Below, piece after piece: positions 17,835 to 29,142 of a stretch of 64,000 bases of DNA. The notes below the pieces were generated by a model. It was not told where the DNA came from. It did no database searches and saw only the letters and a program-made list of their open reading frames with translations. Each line of letters opens with the position of its first letter. Position 1 is the first letter of the stretch. The position numbers and the translations under genes were made by a program. Source of the stretch: Nitrospinaceae bacterium (GTDB lineage: Bacteria; Nitrospinota; Nitrospinia; Nitrospinales; Nitrospinaceae); the NCBI GenBank assembly GCA_965237905.1, contig OZ250172.1, forward strand, positions 1,568,001 to 1,632,000, given 5' to 3'.

Positions 17835-18662
17835 CTACGAAGGGGTTTTGGATGGTCGGGGCGCTTTCCGGGAAAGCTCCCCTAACAATACCCCGGCCGC
17901 CACCGATGCGTTCAAGGATTCCATATCACCGGCACCGGGAATGCGCACCAGCGTGTCACACCGTTTCTTAACCGGATCGGAAAGTCCTTCCTGCTCATTG
18001 CCGACGACCATGACGCACGGATACTTGAGTTTCATATCATAAAGACTCTGCTTGGAGGAAGGGTCGGCACCGGCGATAAACACGCCGTGCGTCTTCAATT
18101 CTCTCAAGATGGACGGCAGGCTTTTGCATTCGTACAACGGCACCATTTCCAAGGCCCCTTCCGCCATCCGCACCGCAGACGAATTCACCGCCGTGGCGTT
18201 CTCGCCCAGTCCGACCAGCAATCCTTCCGCTCCGAAATAGGCGCACGACCTTAGAATGGCGCCGACATTATGCGAATTTTCCACCCGGTCCAGCGCCAGG
18301 GCAAATTGATGTTTCGCAAGACCCGCCTTCACCCAATCGTGAACCGACGGTTGTTTCAAAGGCCGCACCACCATCACGTAACCTTCATGATGCACGCTGG
18401 ATGCAACTTTGTTCAGGGATTCCTGATCCAGTTTGCGGTAGGGCAATTTATGATTGTGACACCACTCCTTGACCTTTTTCAGTTGATGAGACCGGCTTTG
18501 ACTGAAAAATACGCGCAAAATATCCTGCGGCCGGGTTTCAAAAACCCGCTGGCAGGCATTCCATCCATAGACCGTGAATTCTCTTTGCTTGAGGGATGAC
18601 CGTGAAGATCCGGCGCGGGGAGGCTGGTTAGAGCCGGTTTTTTTTGACGGGGCTTGAGACAA
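17835..18662 (-). CDS. TrmH/SpoU-family RNA methyltransferase
   Basis: LDRVEN.HNVGAILRS, VGNEQEGL, ESLNASVAAG. Confidence 0.92.
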   Translation of the reverse strand: MSQAPSKKTGSNQPPRAGSSRSSLKQREFTVYGWNACQRVFETRPQDILRVFFSQSRSHQLKKVKEWCHNHKLPYRKLDQESLNKVASSVHHEGYVMVVRPLKQPSVHDWVKAGLAKHQFALALDRVENSHNVGAILRSCAYFGAEGLLVGLGENATAVNSSAVRMAEGALEMVPLYECKSLPSILRELKTHGVFIAGADPSSKQSLYDMKLKYPCVMVVGNEQEGLSDPVKKRCDTLVRIPGAGDMESLNASVAAGVLLGELSRKAPRPSKTPS

Positions 18663-18721
18663 CTAATTCGCTCTTTCGTTAAAAGGCGATCCCTGAAAAC
18701 CAGGGATAATTCGATCTGGAG

Positions 18722-19168
18722 TTACCGGATGAAACTGCTCAACCGGTTGTTCACCTCGTCCAACCGAGTGATGACCAGATTGATAATCTGATCCTTGATT
18801 TTAATTATCATTTCCGGGGACAACTGATCCATCAGCGGGCTGTCCACCTTGAAGACCGTAACATCATTATCCGCCTCGATAGAACTGGAGCGTGGCCTTT
18901 TGGCTTTCATGGTGATTTCTCCAAATATGGAACCAGACACCAACTGAGCCAGAGAAACTTCCGCGGGTTTACTGCGCATCACGCTGACTTGTCCTTCCAG
19001 CAATACAAAAAATCCGTAATCCACTTCATCCTCTTTAAGGATTTTTTCCTGAGGCTTGAATTGCATCCAATGGTTTTTGTGAGAGAGCAAATTTTCACGG
19101 TCCGCTTTATCCATTTCCTTGAAAAAAGGAATTTCATCCATGAGCCTGACGAGTTTATCTTTATTCAT
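18722..19168 (-). CDS. cyclic-nucleotide-binding domain protein
   Basis: IPFF, FFVLLEGQV, FGEI...RSSSI.A. Confidence 0.85.
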   Translation of the reverse strand: MNKDKLVRLMDEIPFFKEMDKADRENLLSHKNHWMQFKPQEKILKEDEVDYGFFVLLEGQVSVMRSKPAEVSLAQLVSGSIFGEITMKAKRPRSSSIEADNDVTVFKVDSPLMDQLSPEMIIKIKDQIINLVITRLDEVNNRLSSFIR

Positions 19169-19276
19169 TGCCGATATCCAAATGGGTTAATATCCGTATA
19201 CATTATTAGTGTAAAGACAAACTCGTCCAAAAACCACAACCCAATAGAAAAACTTCCCGCCGGGTTTTCCAGGCGC

Positions 19277-20344
19277 TTAACCGTGCCCGCCCATCATAAA
19301 CGCTTCCGACTCATCAAACCGGGGAATCGGCAAATCGTCCACCCCCGTGAAATATTCTTCCGCCCTCTCCAACACCTCGCTGGTCGTGGGTGTCTGGAAC
19401 ATGGCGCCCCGAAAGGCAGCGGCTCCCGGATACCCAAAGGCCAGCCAGACCGCCAGTTTTCGGAGGTACAGCAGGGTGCGCCGGGTATCATAACGCGGAT
19501 GCAACAGTTCATGGAAACGACGGAGCAGAGCCATCCGGGTTGGGTCCAGCGTCTCCCCCGGCTCTCCCGTACATTGTTTGAAAATCCAGGGATTGCGCAG
19601 CGCGCCCCGGCCGATCATCACCGCATCGACCCCCGTTTCATGAAGCAGGGTGCGGGCCCGCTCGGGATCGCGAATATCTCCGTTGCCGATGATGGGGAGC
19701 GTGGTCCGTTGTTTGACCTCAGCCATCAAATCCCAATCCGCCAATCCATGATAGCCCTGCACACGGGTCCGCCCGTGAATGGCGACCCATTCGCAACCGG
19801 CGTTTTGCGCGGCGGCGACGCACTCGTGGATGGTCAACTCCTGCTCGTTCCAACCGGTGCGCATTTTGACGGTGAGAGGCAAATCGATATTGCGGCGAAT
19901 CTTCGTCAGAAAGGATTCCAGGTATGCCGGATCGCGCATCAACGCCGACCCGCAACCTTTTTGAACCACCTTCCTCACCGGACAACCGAGATTGATGTCC
20001 AGAAAATCCGCGCCCTCCTCCTGAACCAGATGAGCCACCTTGATAAAATCGTCTGCATAGTCCCCAAACAATTGCAGGCCCACCAACGTACCGGGGTTTT
20101 TATGAATCGCAATCATCCGCCGGGTTTTTTCCGAATTGAACACCAGCCCCTTGGCCGAAACCAGCTCGGACACCAGAACGCCCGCCCCCATTTCATCCAT
20201 CAACTGCCGGAAGCAGACATCGGTGATGCCGGACATTGGTGCCATCCAGTAAGCGTTGCGGGCGCGATCGATCAAACGCCCGCCTTTCGTCGGAACGTTT
20301 AATTTGTCCGGCTTCTCTTTTTCCGCTAAAACAGTTCGATTCAT
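19277..20344 (-). CDS. dusB: tRNA-dihydrouridine synthase (DusB-like)
   Basis: APMSGITD, DINLGCP, TVKMRTGW, IHGRT, GNGDI, MIGRG. Confidence 0.9.
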   Translation of the reverse strand: MNRTVLAEKEKPDKLNVPTKGGRLIDRARNAYWMAPMSGITDVCFRQLMDEMGAGVLVSELVSAKGLVFNSEKTRRMIAIHKNPGTLVGLQLFGDYADDFIKVAHLVQEEGADFLDINLGCPVRKVVQKGCGSALMRDPAYLESFLTKIRRNIDLPLTVKMRTGWNEQELTIHECVAAAQNAGCEWVAIHGRTRVQGYHGLADWDLMAEVKQRTTLPIIGNGDIRDPERARTLLHETGVDAVMIGRGALRNPWIFKQCTGEPGETLDPTRMALLRRFHELLHPRYDTRRTLLYLRKLAVWLAFGYPGAAAFRGAMFQTPTTSEVLERAEEYFTGVDDLPIPRFDESEAFMMGGHG

Positions 20345-20402
20345 TTTGTTCCCATATAAAAAAATTCACCGCTCATGGAGAGAGGATAATAAAGGAAAAC
20401 TT

Positions 20403-20477
20403 GGATTCTTCGTCACTCTGTTCCTCAGAATGACATAATATATGCAATTTGTCATCCTGAGCGCCAGCGAAGGATCT
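20403..20477. repeat. REP-like inverted-repeat element, same family as 1655-1743
   Basis: gattcttcgtc..ctcagaatgaca..caatttgtcatcctgagcg..agcgaaggatc. Confidence 0.78.
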
Positions 20478-20515
20478 GGGGTTTTATCCTGTCATCCTGT
20501 CGAAATGATTTTGCC

Positions 20516-21415
20516 TTACTCAAAAACCGCATCCCAATAAGGTTGAAAATGTTCCGGCCAGGGCGCCTGAAGATCGACCTCGCCGTCTACTCCGTTAAAG
20601 CGCAACCGGTGGGCGTGCAATCCATAGCGATGCGCGTCGTCCGTGCGCTGGCCATACACTGGGTCATTGACCACCGGTAGGCCCACACTGGCCAGATGCA
20701 CGCGAATCTGGTTGGTTCTGCCGGAACGGGGAAACGCTTTGAGCAAGGTCCTGCCATCCAGCGAACTCAACTCTTCAAAATGAGTGACCGCCTCTTTCGG
20801 ATTCCGGGTCTGATAGCCCACCGCCCGTGCCGCGCCTTTGACTTTACCGATGGGCGCGTCAACCATAAAACTTTTTTGGGGAGGAATGCCTTCGACCAGT
20901 GCCAGGTACCCCTTATCGACCCGGTTCTGCTCGAACTCCCGCATCAAATGCGTGGCCACCTCTTTCGATTTCGCGAACACCACGAGGCCCGTGGTGAGAG
21001 CGTCCAGACGCTGAACCGGGCGGGGTGTCTCGTCCGGATATACTTCTTTCAAAATCTCGGTCAAACTGTTTTTGAAATACCGTCCGCTGGGATGTACGGC
21101 CAAAGGCGCGCCCTTGTTGAATACGCGGATGGCGTCATCTTCATAAACCACATCCAGAGTGCGGTCGGCGAGAGGCTCTTCACGGACTCCCATGCGAGTC
21201 ACGATATAATCGTGTTGCTTGAGAAGTGCGCCGGGGCTCACCCGCTTGCCATTCACGGTAATCCGCCCGTCAAGAATGCGGTCTATCCACTCCTCTTCAC
21301 TCAAATAGGGAAACCGATCGGTAAAATAACTAACGACGGTATATCCGATGTACTTGCCCGGAAGATAAGACTCGTAAACTTGTTCGGCAGGAGGGGGACG
21401 ATACAATTTCACCAT
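20516..21415 (-). CDS. RluA-family pseudouridine synthase with S4 domain
   Basis: VQRLDALTTGL, GRTNQIRVHL, DPVYG, LHA. Confidence 0.92.
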   Translation of the reverse strand: MVKLYRPPPAEQVYESYLPGKYIGYTVVSYFTDRFPYLSEEEWIDRILDGRITVNGKRVSPGALLKQHDYIVTRMGVREEPLADRTLDVVYEDDAIRVFNKGAPLAVHPSGRYFKNSLTEILKEVYPDETPRPVQRLDALTTGLVVFAKSKEVATHLMREFEQNRVDKGYLALVEGIPPQKSFMVDAPIGKVKGAARAVGYQTRNPKEAVTHFEELSSLDGRTLLKAFPRSGRTNQIRVHLASVGLPVVNDPVYGQRTDDAHRYGLHAHRLRFNGVDGEVDLQAPWPEHFQPYWDAVFE

Positions 21416-21492
21416 GCAATAACCTCAAAAACTGGAAACGTATCAAACGGCTGATGCACGGTTCGCCTCACACAAGGGTTCAACGACGGGAG

Positions 21493-22062
21493 TCAATTGT
21501 TTCTGGGATCGACCGGGGCGTGCAACAGATATTCATAGTCCTTGCCCAGGGATTGGACCACCTTCGGCCAGATATGCAGTTCCGGTGAGGTAAACACAAA
21601 CGGGTCCGTGGCATCGCAGGTCAACCAACTGCCCTGGTCCATTTCTCCCGCCAACTGCCCGGCACCCCAGCCGGAATACCCCATGTAAAACCGGAGATCC
21701 TCATTCGGATTGGGCAAGTCCGGCAGAACTGCCTCCAACGCCTCCCAACTCAACCCCATATGAACGCCGGGGCAGACTTCTTCCATCTCCGGCAGAAGCC
21801 GCGGAGACCGGCACAGATAAAACACCTGAGAGGGTGCCACCGGACCGCCGATGAACACCTCGCCCTCGTAATTTGTCAGCAATTCCGATGAGGCGAATAC
21901 TTCGCTCGATTTCAATCCGGAATTACGGTTGACGACCAGACCAAACGATCCTTCCTCCTCATTGTGGTTGCACAGTAGAACCACCGTCCGGGAAAAATTG
22001 GGGTCCGGCAAAACGGGGTTGGCGATTAAAAAGGATCCTTTACCGTACGAACCGTTTTCCAT
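21493..22062 (-). CDS. YqgE/AlgH family protein
   Basis: DPNFSRTVVLLC, GGPV, GYSGWGAGQL..E. Confidence 0.92.
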   Translation of the reverse strand: MENGSYGKGSFLIANPVLPDPNFSRTVVLLCNHNEEEGSFGLVVNRNSGLKSSEVFASSELLTNYEGEVFIGGPVAPSQVFYLCRSPRLLPEMEEVCPGVHMGLSWEALEAVLPDLPNPNEDLRFYMGYSGWGAGQLAGEMDQGSWLTCDATDPFVFTSPELHIWPKVVQSLGKDYEYLLHAPVDPRNN

Positions 22063-22098
22063 GGCGAAGTTTTGAAATGACGCGGTCGGCCGCGTCGG

Positions 22099-22719
22099 CT
22101 AAAGATTCAGTGATTGCAGTTTTTTGAAATTGGGACCCTGACGGGCGGTTTCCTTGCCCTCACGGGTACCGAAATTATTGTCCAGATAAAGAGCGACCAG
22201 GTTGGGAAACCGGCTCGAATTGGACAACGCTATAAAACCTTCATCTCCGATTTCATTCTGCGCCAGATCCATTTCCTCGATTTTCTCCAGTTCATTTTCC
22301 CCGGCCAGGACTTTGGCCCCCTCATCCTTGAGGTAATTGCGGTACAGGTTGAGGGTTTTCAATTTCATGAGAATCTTGGATTTTATGATCATGCGAATCC
22401 CCTCCGTCCCCAGATCGTTGCCGCCCAACTCCAGCCAATTGAGCTTGGCGAAGACCTCACTTTCGGCCAGATAATGGGCTCCGGCATCACCGATCTTGTT
22501 GCCGCCCAGATTCAAGCGCTTGATAGTGGCAATCCGGGGGTCCTCCCCGATAACCTGCAAGCCGTTGATCCCGACGCAGCATCCTTTGAGATCCAGCTCC
22601 CGCTGGTTTTCGGAGAGCCGGTCATCCACGACCTTGGTCATGGCGTCGACCAATTTCTGCCCTGTATAGTTACAAGGCTCATCTGTATCATAGATCTTGA
22701 TTCCACTTAAAGAAGGCAT
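22099..22719 (-). CDS. leucine-rich repeat protein (RI/GALA-like)
   Basis: 28-aa repeats L.L..N.IGD.GA..LA. Confidence 0.85.
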   Translation of the reverse strand: MPSLSGIKIYDTDEPCNYTGQKLVDAMTKVVDDRLSENQRELDLKGCCVGINGLQVIGEDPRIATIKRLNLGGNKIGDAGAHYLAESEVFAKLNWLELGGNDLGTEGIRMIIKSKILMKLKTLNLYRNYLKDEGAKVLAGENELEKIEEMDLAQNEIGDEGFIALSNSSRFPNLVALYLDNNFGTREGKETARQGPNFKKLQSLNL

Positions 22720-22906
22720 AACACCTCAAATTCCGGGTTTTTAAAATGATTCCTATTGCCCGATTTTAACTCAAAAACGCACAAATATTTCACAAAATCG
22801 GGGGATAAGGGGCAAATTACACGTTTTCAATTGAGTGCGGACAGGCTATTATAATGTTGACAGAAAATCAATATAATTTAAAATCGCCTGTTTACCCGGG
22901 GATTCT

Positions 22907-23278
22907 ATGGAACTGGATTTTGACAAAATGGGGGGTCTCGTCCCCGCGATCATACAAGACCATGCCACCGGCAAGGTGCTGATGCTGGCCTACATGAACA
23001 AGATCGCCTGGGAAAAAACCCTGGAAACGGGAAAAGCCTGGTTTTACAGCCGTTCGCGCGACAAGCAATGGATGAAGGGCGAGGAAAGCGGAAACGTACA
23101 GGTGGTCAAGGAAGTGTTCGTCGACTGCGATGATGATACCGTCCTCCTCAAAGTCGAGCAGGTGGGCAAAGCCGCCTGCCACAAAGGCTACACCAGCTGT
23201 TTCTTCCGCAAGCTCAACGGCGAGATCACCACGGTCGAAGAAAAAGTGTTCGACCCGGATAAAGTCTATAAAAAGTAA
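22907..23278 (+). CDS. hisI: phosphoribosyl-AMP cyclohydrolase
   Basis: [37 protein letters not shown]. Confidence 0.96.
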   Translation: MELDFDKMGGLVPAIIQDHATGKVLMLAYMNKIAWEKTLETGKAWFYSRSRDKQWMKGEESGNVQVVKEVFVDCDDDTVLLKVEQVGKAACHKGYTSCFFRKLNGEITTVEEKVFDPDKVYKK

Positions 23279-23309
23279 CGTCAACCTTAAAAATGGCAGG
23301 AATGAATTA

Positions 23310-24188
23310 ATGAGTGGCAATGTTTTGAAGTTAGGAATTCCAAAAGGCAGTCTGGAAGAGGCAACAGTCAATCTGTTCGCCAAGGCAGGGTACCAAATTA
23401 AAATCAGCAGTCGGTCCTATTTTCCAAGCATCGACGATGACGAAATAGAGTGCATGTTGATCCGCGCGCAGGAAATCGCCCGTTATGTAGCCGATGGCGT
23501 GCTGGATGCAGGACTCACCGGTAAGGACTGGGTTCAGGAAAACCGGGTGGATGTAGAAGATGTCGCCGATCTGGTGTACTCCAAGGTTTCGGCACGGCCC
23601 GTCCGTTGGGTGCTGGCGGTTCCCAATGATTCACCCATCAAAACTGTCAAGGATTTGCAGGGAAAGCGCATTGCGACAGAGGTCGTCAACATGACCGTGG
23701 ACTACCTGAGGAAACACGGCGTCACCGCCTCGGTCGAATTTTCCTGGGGCGCCACCGAGGTGAAACCCCCGAAGCTGGCCGACGCCATCGTGGAAGTCAC
23801 GGAAACCGGCAATTCCCTCCGGGCCAACAACCTCAGGATCCTGGATACCCTGATGGAATCGAATACCAAGTTCATTATGAACAAGGACGCCTTCAAGGAC
23901 GAGTGGAAGAAAAACAAAGTCGACCGCCTCGTCCTCATGCTCAAAGGCGCCATGGCCGCCAATAAAAAGGTGGGGTTACTGATGAACGTTCCCAAAAAAT
24001 CCCTGGACGCGGTGATGAAAATTCTGCCGCCGGAAGTGAAACCCACCCTCGCTAATTTGACTGATGAAAACTGGGTGGACCTGACAGTCATCCTTGAGGA
24101 AAAACTAGTACGGGAAATTGCTCCGGATTTGAAAAGCGCCGGCGCGGAAGATATCGTCGAATTTCCACTGAATAAAATTATCCATTAA
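23310..24188 (+). CDS. hisG: ATP phosphoribosyltransferase (long form)
   Basis: [34 protein letters not shown] 23310 (ORF track starts at 23130). Confidence 0.96.
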   Translation: MSGNVLKLGIPKGSLEEATVNLFAKAGYQIKISSRSYFPSIDDDEIECMLIRAQEIARYVADGVLDAGLTGKDWVQENRVDVEDVADLVYSKVSARPVRWVLAVPNDSPIKTVKDLQGKRIATEVVNMTVDYLRKHGVTASVEFSWGATEVKPPKLADAIVEVTETGNSLRANNLRILDTLMESNTKFIMNKDAFKDEWKKNKVDRLVLMLKGAMAANKKVGLLMNVPKKSLDAVMKILPPEVKPTLANLTDENWVDLTVILEEKLVREIAPDLKSAGAEDIVEFPLNKIIH

Positions 24189-24202
24189 ACCCAGAGGGAC
24201 TC

Positions 24203-24907
24203 TTGGCCAGTAAAGGAAAAAATCCGAAGCCTGAAAAGGACTCTGCGAAACCCGATCCGGCTTCCAAAAAAGCAGTGCCCCCCGCGGAAGAGCCGGAAGT
24301 CATCCCTTCCAAGGAATCTCTTCCGCCCGCTCTGGCACCGTCTAGTGAACCCAAAAAGGAAAAACAATCTTCCAGTCTCTGGGGAGTTTTACTTTTCGGT
24401 TTTCTGATCGTTGCGGGAGGCATTGGAGGCGGCGGATTCTATCTGTATCAGGAGCAGATGAAATTTCAAAACGAGACCCTTGCCGCACTCTCCCAACTGG
24501 AAGCCCGGTTGAACGCGTTGGATACCGAAGCGGACCAGGCCCGTCAAAACCAACAGACGATCGATAGCCTGAATCAGGAATTACAGCAATTCAAAACCGA
24601 AATGGACGCCACCCTGAAGTCCCACCAAAGTTCGCTGTCCACTCTCGACGAAGATGTGATGCGGCTGAAAGAAAAAGTGAACCCCCCCGCAGAAGCGCCT
24701 CCGACGCCGCTCTCCACTATAGATGAGGCAGGCACCGAGGCCGGACCCGCACCGGGAGAGCTTCTTCCCGAAAGTCAGGATGGAGAAGCCTCAGAGGACA
24801 CCGAGGCCGAAGAAGACGACTCAGACCAGGAATCTATGCAGTTTGTTCAGTGGATAGAAAACTTCTTCGGCGCCATCTGGAACTGGTTCGCCGGTCTGTT
24901 CAGCTGA
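24203..24907 (+). CDS. membrane-anchored coiled-coil hypothetical protein
   Basis: Low-complexity N-terminus, single TM, coiled coil, acidic tail. Confidence 0.7.
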   Translation: MASKGKNPKPEKDSAKPDPASKKAVPPAEEPEVIPSKESLPPALAPSSEPKKEKQSSSLWGVLLFGFLIVAGGIGGGGFYLYQEQMKFQNETLAALSQLEARLNALDTEADQARQNQQTIDSLNQELQQFKTEMDATLKSHQSSLSTLDEDVMRLKEKVNPPAEAPPTPLSTIDEAGTEAGPAPGELLPESQDGEASEDTEAEEDDSDQESMQFVQWIENFFGAIWNWFAGLFS

Positions 24908-24928
24908 AACCCTTCTAATATTTTCGAA

Positions 24929-25744
24929 TTAAACCTCAACGAATTGAATGGCTTCCTTTTGGTCGAGGATGCCTTTTTCAAAACAGACGTCGCGGAAATG
25001 CTGGAGGCCGGTCATTTCTTCCTGACCCAGATCGTAGATGATTTTGGTCGACAGATAGTCGAGGCAGGTTTCAAAAGCGATCCCTAATTTTTCCGATTCA
25101 GTTTGCGCAATACTCTCAAGCCGTGACAGCCCTTCCGTTTTAGTTTCCTGAACCGTCGTTAGAAATTCCTGATCCAGCTCAATGCCGTTGCGCACCGCCA
25201 CGACGGCATGGACAAAGGTTTTACCGGTTTGCTCGAACCACTGTTCGCTCAGGTCATAAATTTGAAGGTTGGGATAAGCGGACCGCAAGCCAAACGCGGG
25301 GTCGCCGATGATGAGGGCGGCATCGTGCGTCTTCAACATGGCCTGCGGATCGGGATCGGCGGACTCCAAAGATACGCTGGGAAGAAACACTTCCCCGAAC
25401 AAGACCTGCAACAGCGCCGCGGAGGTTCGTGACCGGACGTCCAACGCGATCGATTGCACTTCTTTGAGCGGCAGGCGGGACGCAAACAATACCGTATCCA
25501 CCGGTCCCCGGGAAGCCACGGCGATGCCGGGAAGCAGGCGATACTGCTCTGAATCCTTCAGGTATTCAATGGAAGGAATCATCGCCAGGTCCAACTCTCC
25601 CGCTCTCAACCGCTCAGCAAGACTGGCCGGGGACCCGGTGACCATAGTGATCCCCAGTTGCTGTTGCTTCTCCTTGAGAGGAATGAGCAGAGGCTGGGCA
25701 TTGATGAAATCATGAAAACCGAATTTTAACTTCTTTCCGGTCAT
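24929..25744 (-). CDS. mqnA: chorismate dehydratase (futalosine pathway)
   Basis: INAQPL, SRTS, DAALIIGDPA, YDLSEQW...TG..FV.AV. Confidence 0.88.
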   Translation of the reverse strand: MTGKKLKFGFHDFINAQPLLIPLKEKQQQLGITMVTGSPASLAERLRAGELDLAMIPSIEYLKDSEQYRLLPGIAVASRGPVDTVLFASRLPLKEVQSIALDVRSRTSAALLQVLFGEVFLPSVSLESADPDPQAMLKTHDAALIIGDPAFGLRSAYPNLQIYDLSEQWFEQTGKTFVHAVVAVRNGIELDQEFLTTVQETKTEGLSRLESIAQTESEKLGIAFETCLDYLSTKIIYDLGQEEMTGLQHFRDVCFEKGILDQKEAIQFVEV

Positions 25745-25763
25745 GTTGAATTCCCTTTAAAAT

Positions 25764-25796
25764 AAAAAAACCGGGATGGAGAAACTCCATCCCGGT
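25764..25796 (-). terminator. intrinsic terminator after hppA
   Basis: 12-bp stem accgggatggag/ctccatcccggt followed by T-run on the minus strand. Confidence 0.8.
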
Positions 25797-25813
25797 GAAA
25801 ACTTTTATGGCTC

Positions 25814-27889
25814 CTAGATAAAGAGCGGTGCCAGAACCAGAGAAACAATGGACATCAGTTTGATGAGGATGTTCATCGCCGGTCCCGACGTGTCTTTCAG
25901 CGGATCGCCGACGGTGTCACCCACGACGGTGGCCTTATGCGCTTCAGACCCTTTGCCGCCCAGGTGGCCGCTCTCGACATACTTCTTGGCGTTGTCCCAG
26001 GCGCCGCCGCCGTTGGACATGAACAGGGCCAGTAGAACACCGACCAATGTCGCGCCGACCAGCATCCCGCCCAGAGCTTCCTTGCCCATCAGAAAACCAA
26101 CGATGATGGGCATGAGGAAGGCAATGACGCCCGGTGCCACCATTTCCCGCAGGGCGGCTCGGGTGCTGATGTCGATACATTTGGCGGTATCGGGTTTACC
26201 GGTGCCTTCCAGGAGACCGGGGATTTCCCTGAACTGACGGCGGATTTCTTCGATCATAATAAACGCGCCTTTGCCGACGGAAGTCATGGTGATAGCCGCT
26301 ACCAGATACGGAATCGCACCGCCGATCAACAAGCCGATGATAACCTTGGTGCTGGTGATATCGATGACTTCAATCCCTGCCGCTTGCCTGTACGCTGAAA
26401 ACAGTGCCAATGCGGTTAACGCCGCCGAACCGATGGCGAAACCTTTTCCGATGGCGGCAGTGGTGTTGCCCAACGCGTCGAGGCCGTCGGTGATTTTTCG
26501 GGTTTCTTCACCGAGGCCCGCCATTTCGGAAATACCGCCGGCGTTGTCGGCAATCGGTCCGTATGCATCAACTGACATGGTGATGCCTACGGTAGCCAGC
26601 ATGCCAACTGCCGCCAGGGCCACGCCATACAAACCGGCTGAATAGCCGCCAACGAAAATTGCCAGACAGATGACCAGAATCGGCGCGACACAACTTTCCA
26701 TAGCCACGGCCAATCCGGTGATCATAACAGTCGCAACACCCGTCTGACTCGATTCAGCTATTTTGGTAACGGGTTTACCAGCCGTGTAGTATTCGGTGAT
26801 CAATCCGATCACGATACCCGCCAGACAACCGAACGCCAACGCTACGAATACGCCCATCGGCAGACCCATGATGGAGATGGCGATGAATCCGGCCAACAGC
26901 AGGACACCGGCACTGACGAAGGTGGAATTACGAAGCACAGCGGCCGGGTCCATCTTGGCCATGACGCGGATGGAGCGGATACCGATAATGGAGGCAACGA
27001 GACCTGCCATAGCGATGATGATGGGAAGCGCCATATATTCTATTTTCTGTGCGCCCATTGTGCTTGCAATGGCAATAGTGGCGATCATAGACCCAACGTA
27101 AGATTCAAAGATATCCGCGCCCAGTCCGGCAGTATCACCCACGCAGTCGCCCACGTTATCGGCGATGACGCCGGGGTTGCGGGGATCGTCTTCGGGAATC
27201 CCGGCTTCGACTTTACCAACGAGGTCGGATCCGACGTCGGCGATTTTGGTATAGATGCCGCCGCCGACACGGGCGAACAGGGCAATGGAACTGGCACCCA
27301 TGGCGAATCCGCTGATGATGCTGGCGTTGTCGCCGCGTCCGAACATCAGGAACAACCCGCCGACGCCCAGCAAACCGAGGCTGGCCACGCACAGGCCCAT
27401 CACGGCCCCGCCGTTAAACGCAACATCAAGAGCTTTGGCCTGGCCGGAATCGTTGGCGGCCTGCGCGGTGCGCACGTTGGCGGTGGTGGCGGCGTTCATG
27501 CCGAAGAACCCGGCGGCCATGGAACAAACCGCTCCTAAAACATAAGCCACGCCGGTCCAGAACCCGACCCACATGGTTGTCTGTGAGCCGATAAAAACTA
27601 CCAATAGGACAGACACGCCTCCTACAAAATACGCCAGAATACGATACTCTCGGGAGAGAAACACCATGGCGCCTTCGTGGATGGATTCGGCAATTTCCAC
27701 CATTTTCTCGTTGCCCTCGGGCTGATCGTCGACGTATTCATAAACCTTCCACGCGATGGCCAGTCCGAACAATCCAAAGAGCGGGCTCAGCCAGACGAAA
27801 TTGTGCGCCACCTGGAAAACCGCAAATACCACATATAGGCCCACGGCAAGAGCAACGAAAAGAAGCTCCGTCTTATATTCCTTTATCAT
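25814..27889 (-). CDS. hppA: membrane-bound ion-translocating pyrophosphatase (K+-dependent type)
   Basis: [68 protein letters not shown]. Confidence 0.97.
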   Translation of the reverse strand: MIKEYKTELLFVALAVGLYVVFAVFQVAHNFVWLSPLFGLFGLAIAWKVYEYVDDQPEGNEKMVEIAESIHEGAMVFLSREYRILAYFVGGVSVLLVVFIGSQTTMWVGFWTGVAYVLGAVCSMAAGFFGMNAATTANVRTAQAANDSGQAKALDVAFNGGAVMGLCVASLGLLGVGGLFLMFGRGDNASIISGFAMGASSIALFARVGGGIYTKIADVGSDLVGKVEAGIPEDDPRNPGVIADNVGDCVGDTAGLGADIFESYVGSMIATIAIASTMGAQKIEYMALPIIIAMAGLVASIIGIRSIRVMAKMDPAAVLRNSTFVSAGVLLLAGFIAISIMGLPMGVFVALAFGCLAGIVIGLITEYYTAGKPVTKIAESSQTGVATVMITGLAVAMESCVAPILVICLAIFVGGYSAGLYGVALAAVGMLATVGITMSVDAYGPIADNAGGISEMAGLGEETRKITDGLDALGNTTAAIGKGFAIGSAALTALALFSAYRQAAGIEVIDITSTKVIIGLLIGGAIPYLVAAITMTSVGKGAFIMIEEIRRQFREIPGLLEGTGKPDTAKCIDISTRAALREMVAPGVIAFLMPIIVGFLMGKEALGGMLVGATLVGVLLALFMSNGGGAWDNAKKYVESGHLGGKGSEAHKATVVGDTVGDPLKDTSGPAMNILIKLMSIVSLVLAPLFI

Positions 27890-27894
27890 TCTGC

Positions 27895-28452
27895 TTATTC
27901 CTCCGTTTGTTGAGATTTCTTATTGAGTTCTTTCAGCGTCTCTTCGATCCCGCGCACCGCTTCTTCCAGGATTTCGTTGACCTGGGGAATTTCTTCATCG
28001 GAGAAAGTGGAGAGTACATAATCGACGACCTCTCCCCCGTCTTCCGGGCGACCCACTCCGATACGGAACCGTGCGAATTCGCCCGTTCCCAGTTTTTCAA
28101 TAATGGAACCGATACCGCCGTGACCGGCGTTGCCCCCTTTGAATTTTTTTTTGATCTTTCCCAGAGGCAAATCGATCTCGTCATGAACGACGATCATCCG
28201 CTCCGGGGGGATGTCCAAAGCATGCAGGAGTGCTTTGGCGGCCACTCCGCTTTTATTCATATACGTCATGGCCTTGGAGACAACTACGGGGCACCCCTCG
28301 ACTTCACCCCGGCCACTCAGAGCCTGGTGTTGATGCTGACCGAGTTTGATCCGATACTTTTCAGTCAGGGTATCGATGACCAAAAACCCCATGTTATGCC
28401 GCGTCAACTCGTAACGGGGACCGGGGTTTCCCAACCCTAAAATCAGGTACAC
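27895..28452 (-). CDS. pth: peptidyl-tRNA hydrolase
   Basis: GLGNPG..Y..TRHN.GF, TYMN.SG, HDEID, GHGG. Confidence 0.96.
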   Translation of the reverse strand: MYLILGLGNPGPRYELTRHNMGFLVIDTLTEKYRIKLGQHQHQALSGRGEVEGCPVVVSKAMTYMNKSGVAAKALLHALDIPPERMIVVHDEIDLPLGKIKKKFKGGNAGHGGIGSIIEKLGTGEFARFRIGVGRPEDGGEVVDYVLSTFSDEEIPQVNEILEEAVRGIEETLKELNKKSQQTEE

Positions 28453-28457
28453 GTGCT

Positions 28458-29141
28458 TTATTTCTTTTCGGCTTCAGCCGATGCATCCTTATCTTCGGCT
28501 TTATCGGCCGCCGGGGCTTCCGCACCTTCCTCTGCATCTACCTCAGCGCCTTCAACCAATTCTTCCTCTGCCGGTGCTTCTTCTTTCACTTTCACTTCAT
28601 GGACCGAAACCACGGACTCGGACAGGTTATCCAAAATTTCAGCATTTTCCGGCACCGACAAGTCGGAGACATGGACCACCTGGTCCAGCTGAACCTGAGT
28701 CATATCTATTTTGATGGACTCAGGAATTTCGCCGGGAAGACATTTGACACTCAACGTATGCAGATTAAGCTCGACCATACCGCCTAATTTTTCTCCGGGA
28801 GAATGTCCTTCCAAAATAATGGGCACATCCACTTTGATCGCCTGCTTCATATCCACTTCCAGAAAATCGGCATGTTCCCATCCATCTCGAATGGGATGTT
28901 GCTGATGTTCCTTAATCACCACGACCCGTTTGGGTTCGGAGTCGCCTTCGATGGCAAGCTCGATCAAACTATTGATGCCTTCTTTTTCGATGAGTTTTTT
29001 GAGTTCCTTGGGGTTCACCATCAGGCTGACGTTGGATTTTCCTCCGTACACGACTGCCGGCAACATGCCTTCGCCGCGTAATCGGCGGTTGGCGCCTTTG
29101 CCCCGGCCTTCTCTGATTTTTCCTTTCAATGCAACTGCCAT
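28458..29141 (-). CDS. rplY: 50S ribosomal protein L25 (Ctc long form)
   Basis: GKGANRRLR..G.LPAVVYG, HADF; ATG 29141. Confidence 0.95.
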   Translation of the reverse strand: MAVALKGKIREGRGKGANRRLRGEGMLPAVVYGGKSNVSLMVNPKELKKLIEKEGINSLIELAIEGDSEPKRVVVIKEHQQHPIRDGWEHADFLEVDMKQAIKVDVPIILEGHSPGEKLGGMVELNLHTLSVKCLPGEIPESIKIDMTQVQLDQVVHVSDLSVPENAEILDNLSESVVSVHEVKVKEEAPAEEELVEGAEVDAEEGAEAPAADKAEDKDASAEAEKK

Positions 29142-29142
29142 T

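Noticed and set aside
18989..20302. 437-aa ORF antisense to dusB and the cNMP-binding gene
   Set aside because: Shadow frame of well-supported genes with no recognisable motifs.
23130..23309. N-terminal extension of HisG in the ORF track
   Set aside because: Overlaps hisI in another frame; HisG homology begins at ATG 23310.
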